The position numbers were made by a program, and so were the translations under genes. 64,000 bases of DNA from an uncultured Nitrososphaerota archaeon (GTDB lineage: Archaea > Thermoproteota > Nitrososphaeria > Nitrososphaerales > CADDZS01), in NCBI GenBank assembly GCA_963799845.1, contig CAWCYI010000006.1:928001-992000 (forward strand). The letters run 5' to 3'. Below are positions 63,914 through 64,000 of this stretch, piece by piece; within the stretch, counting starts at the first letter, position 1; the number at the start of each line of letters is the position of its first letter. A model generated the notes under the pieces. That model saw only the letters and a program-made list of their open reading frames with translations, searched no databases and had not been told where the DNA came from.

Positions 63914-64000
63914 TTCTGACGAAACACTTCAACAACAATTCCAAATACGGTTATAAAAGGGGCGGTAATATCGATACGCTATTGAAGATACGAAAATTAC

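Overview
IS-rich accessory region, most likely from an archaeon (Nitrososphaerota-like gene repertoire; this is inference). Many single-base frameshifts look like long-read indel errors. It carries eight classical IS copies (IS110 type A x2, IS110/IS1111 type B, IS3, IS701, IS630 x2, IS1182), a VapBC pair, a family of modular TPR signalling proteins with swappable N-termini (adenylate cyclase, wHTH-cyclase, KaiC-like ATPase), ABC/APC transporters and a catabolic cluster (two flavin oxidoreductases, RraA-like aldolase, Gfo/Idh/MocA, atypical enolase plus kinase). Three things stand out. (1) An AT-rich ~3.4 kb virus-like element (23061-27613, excluding a nested IS630) with 81-87 bp terminal inverted repeats containing (AC)n, a 10-bp flanking direct repeat, a divergent retroviral-type DDE integrase and nine tightly packed micro-ORFs. 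(2) A dispersed ~40 bp repeat (about 15 copies) joining a tRNA 3'-end-like segment to a TTTACTAGTAAA palindrome; it delimits single-gene cassettes and truncates genes. (3) Bridge RNAs readable directly in both IS110 types, one of which is programmed against, and inserted into, the centre of that repeat.
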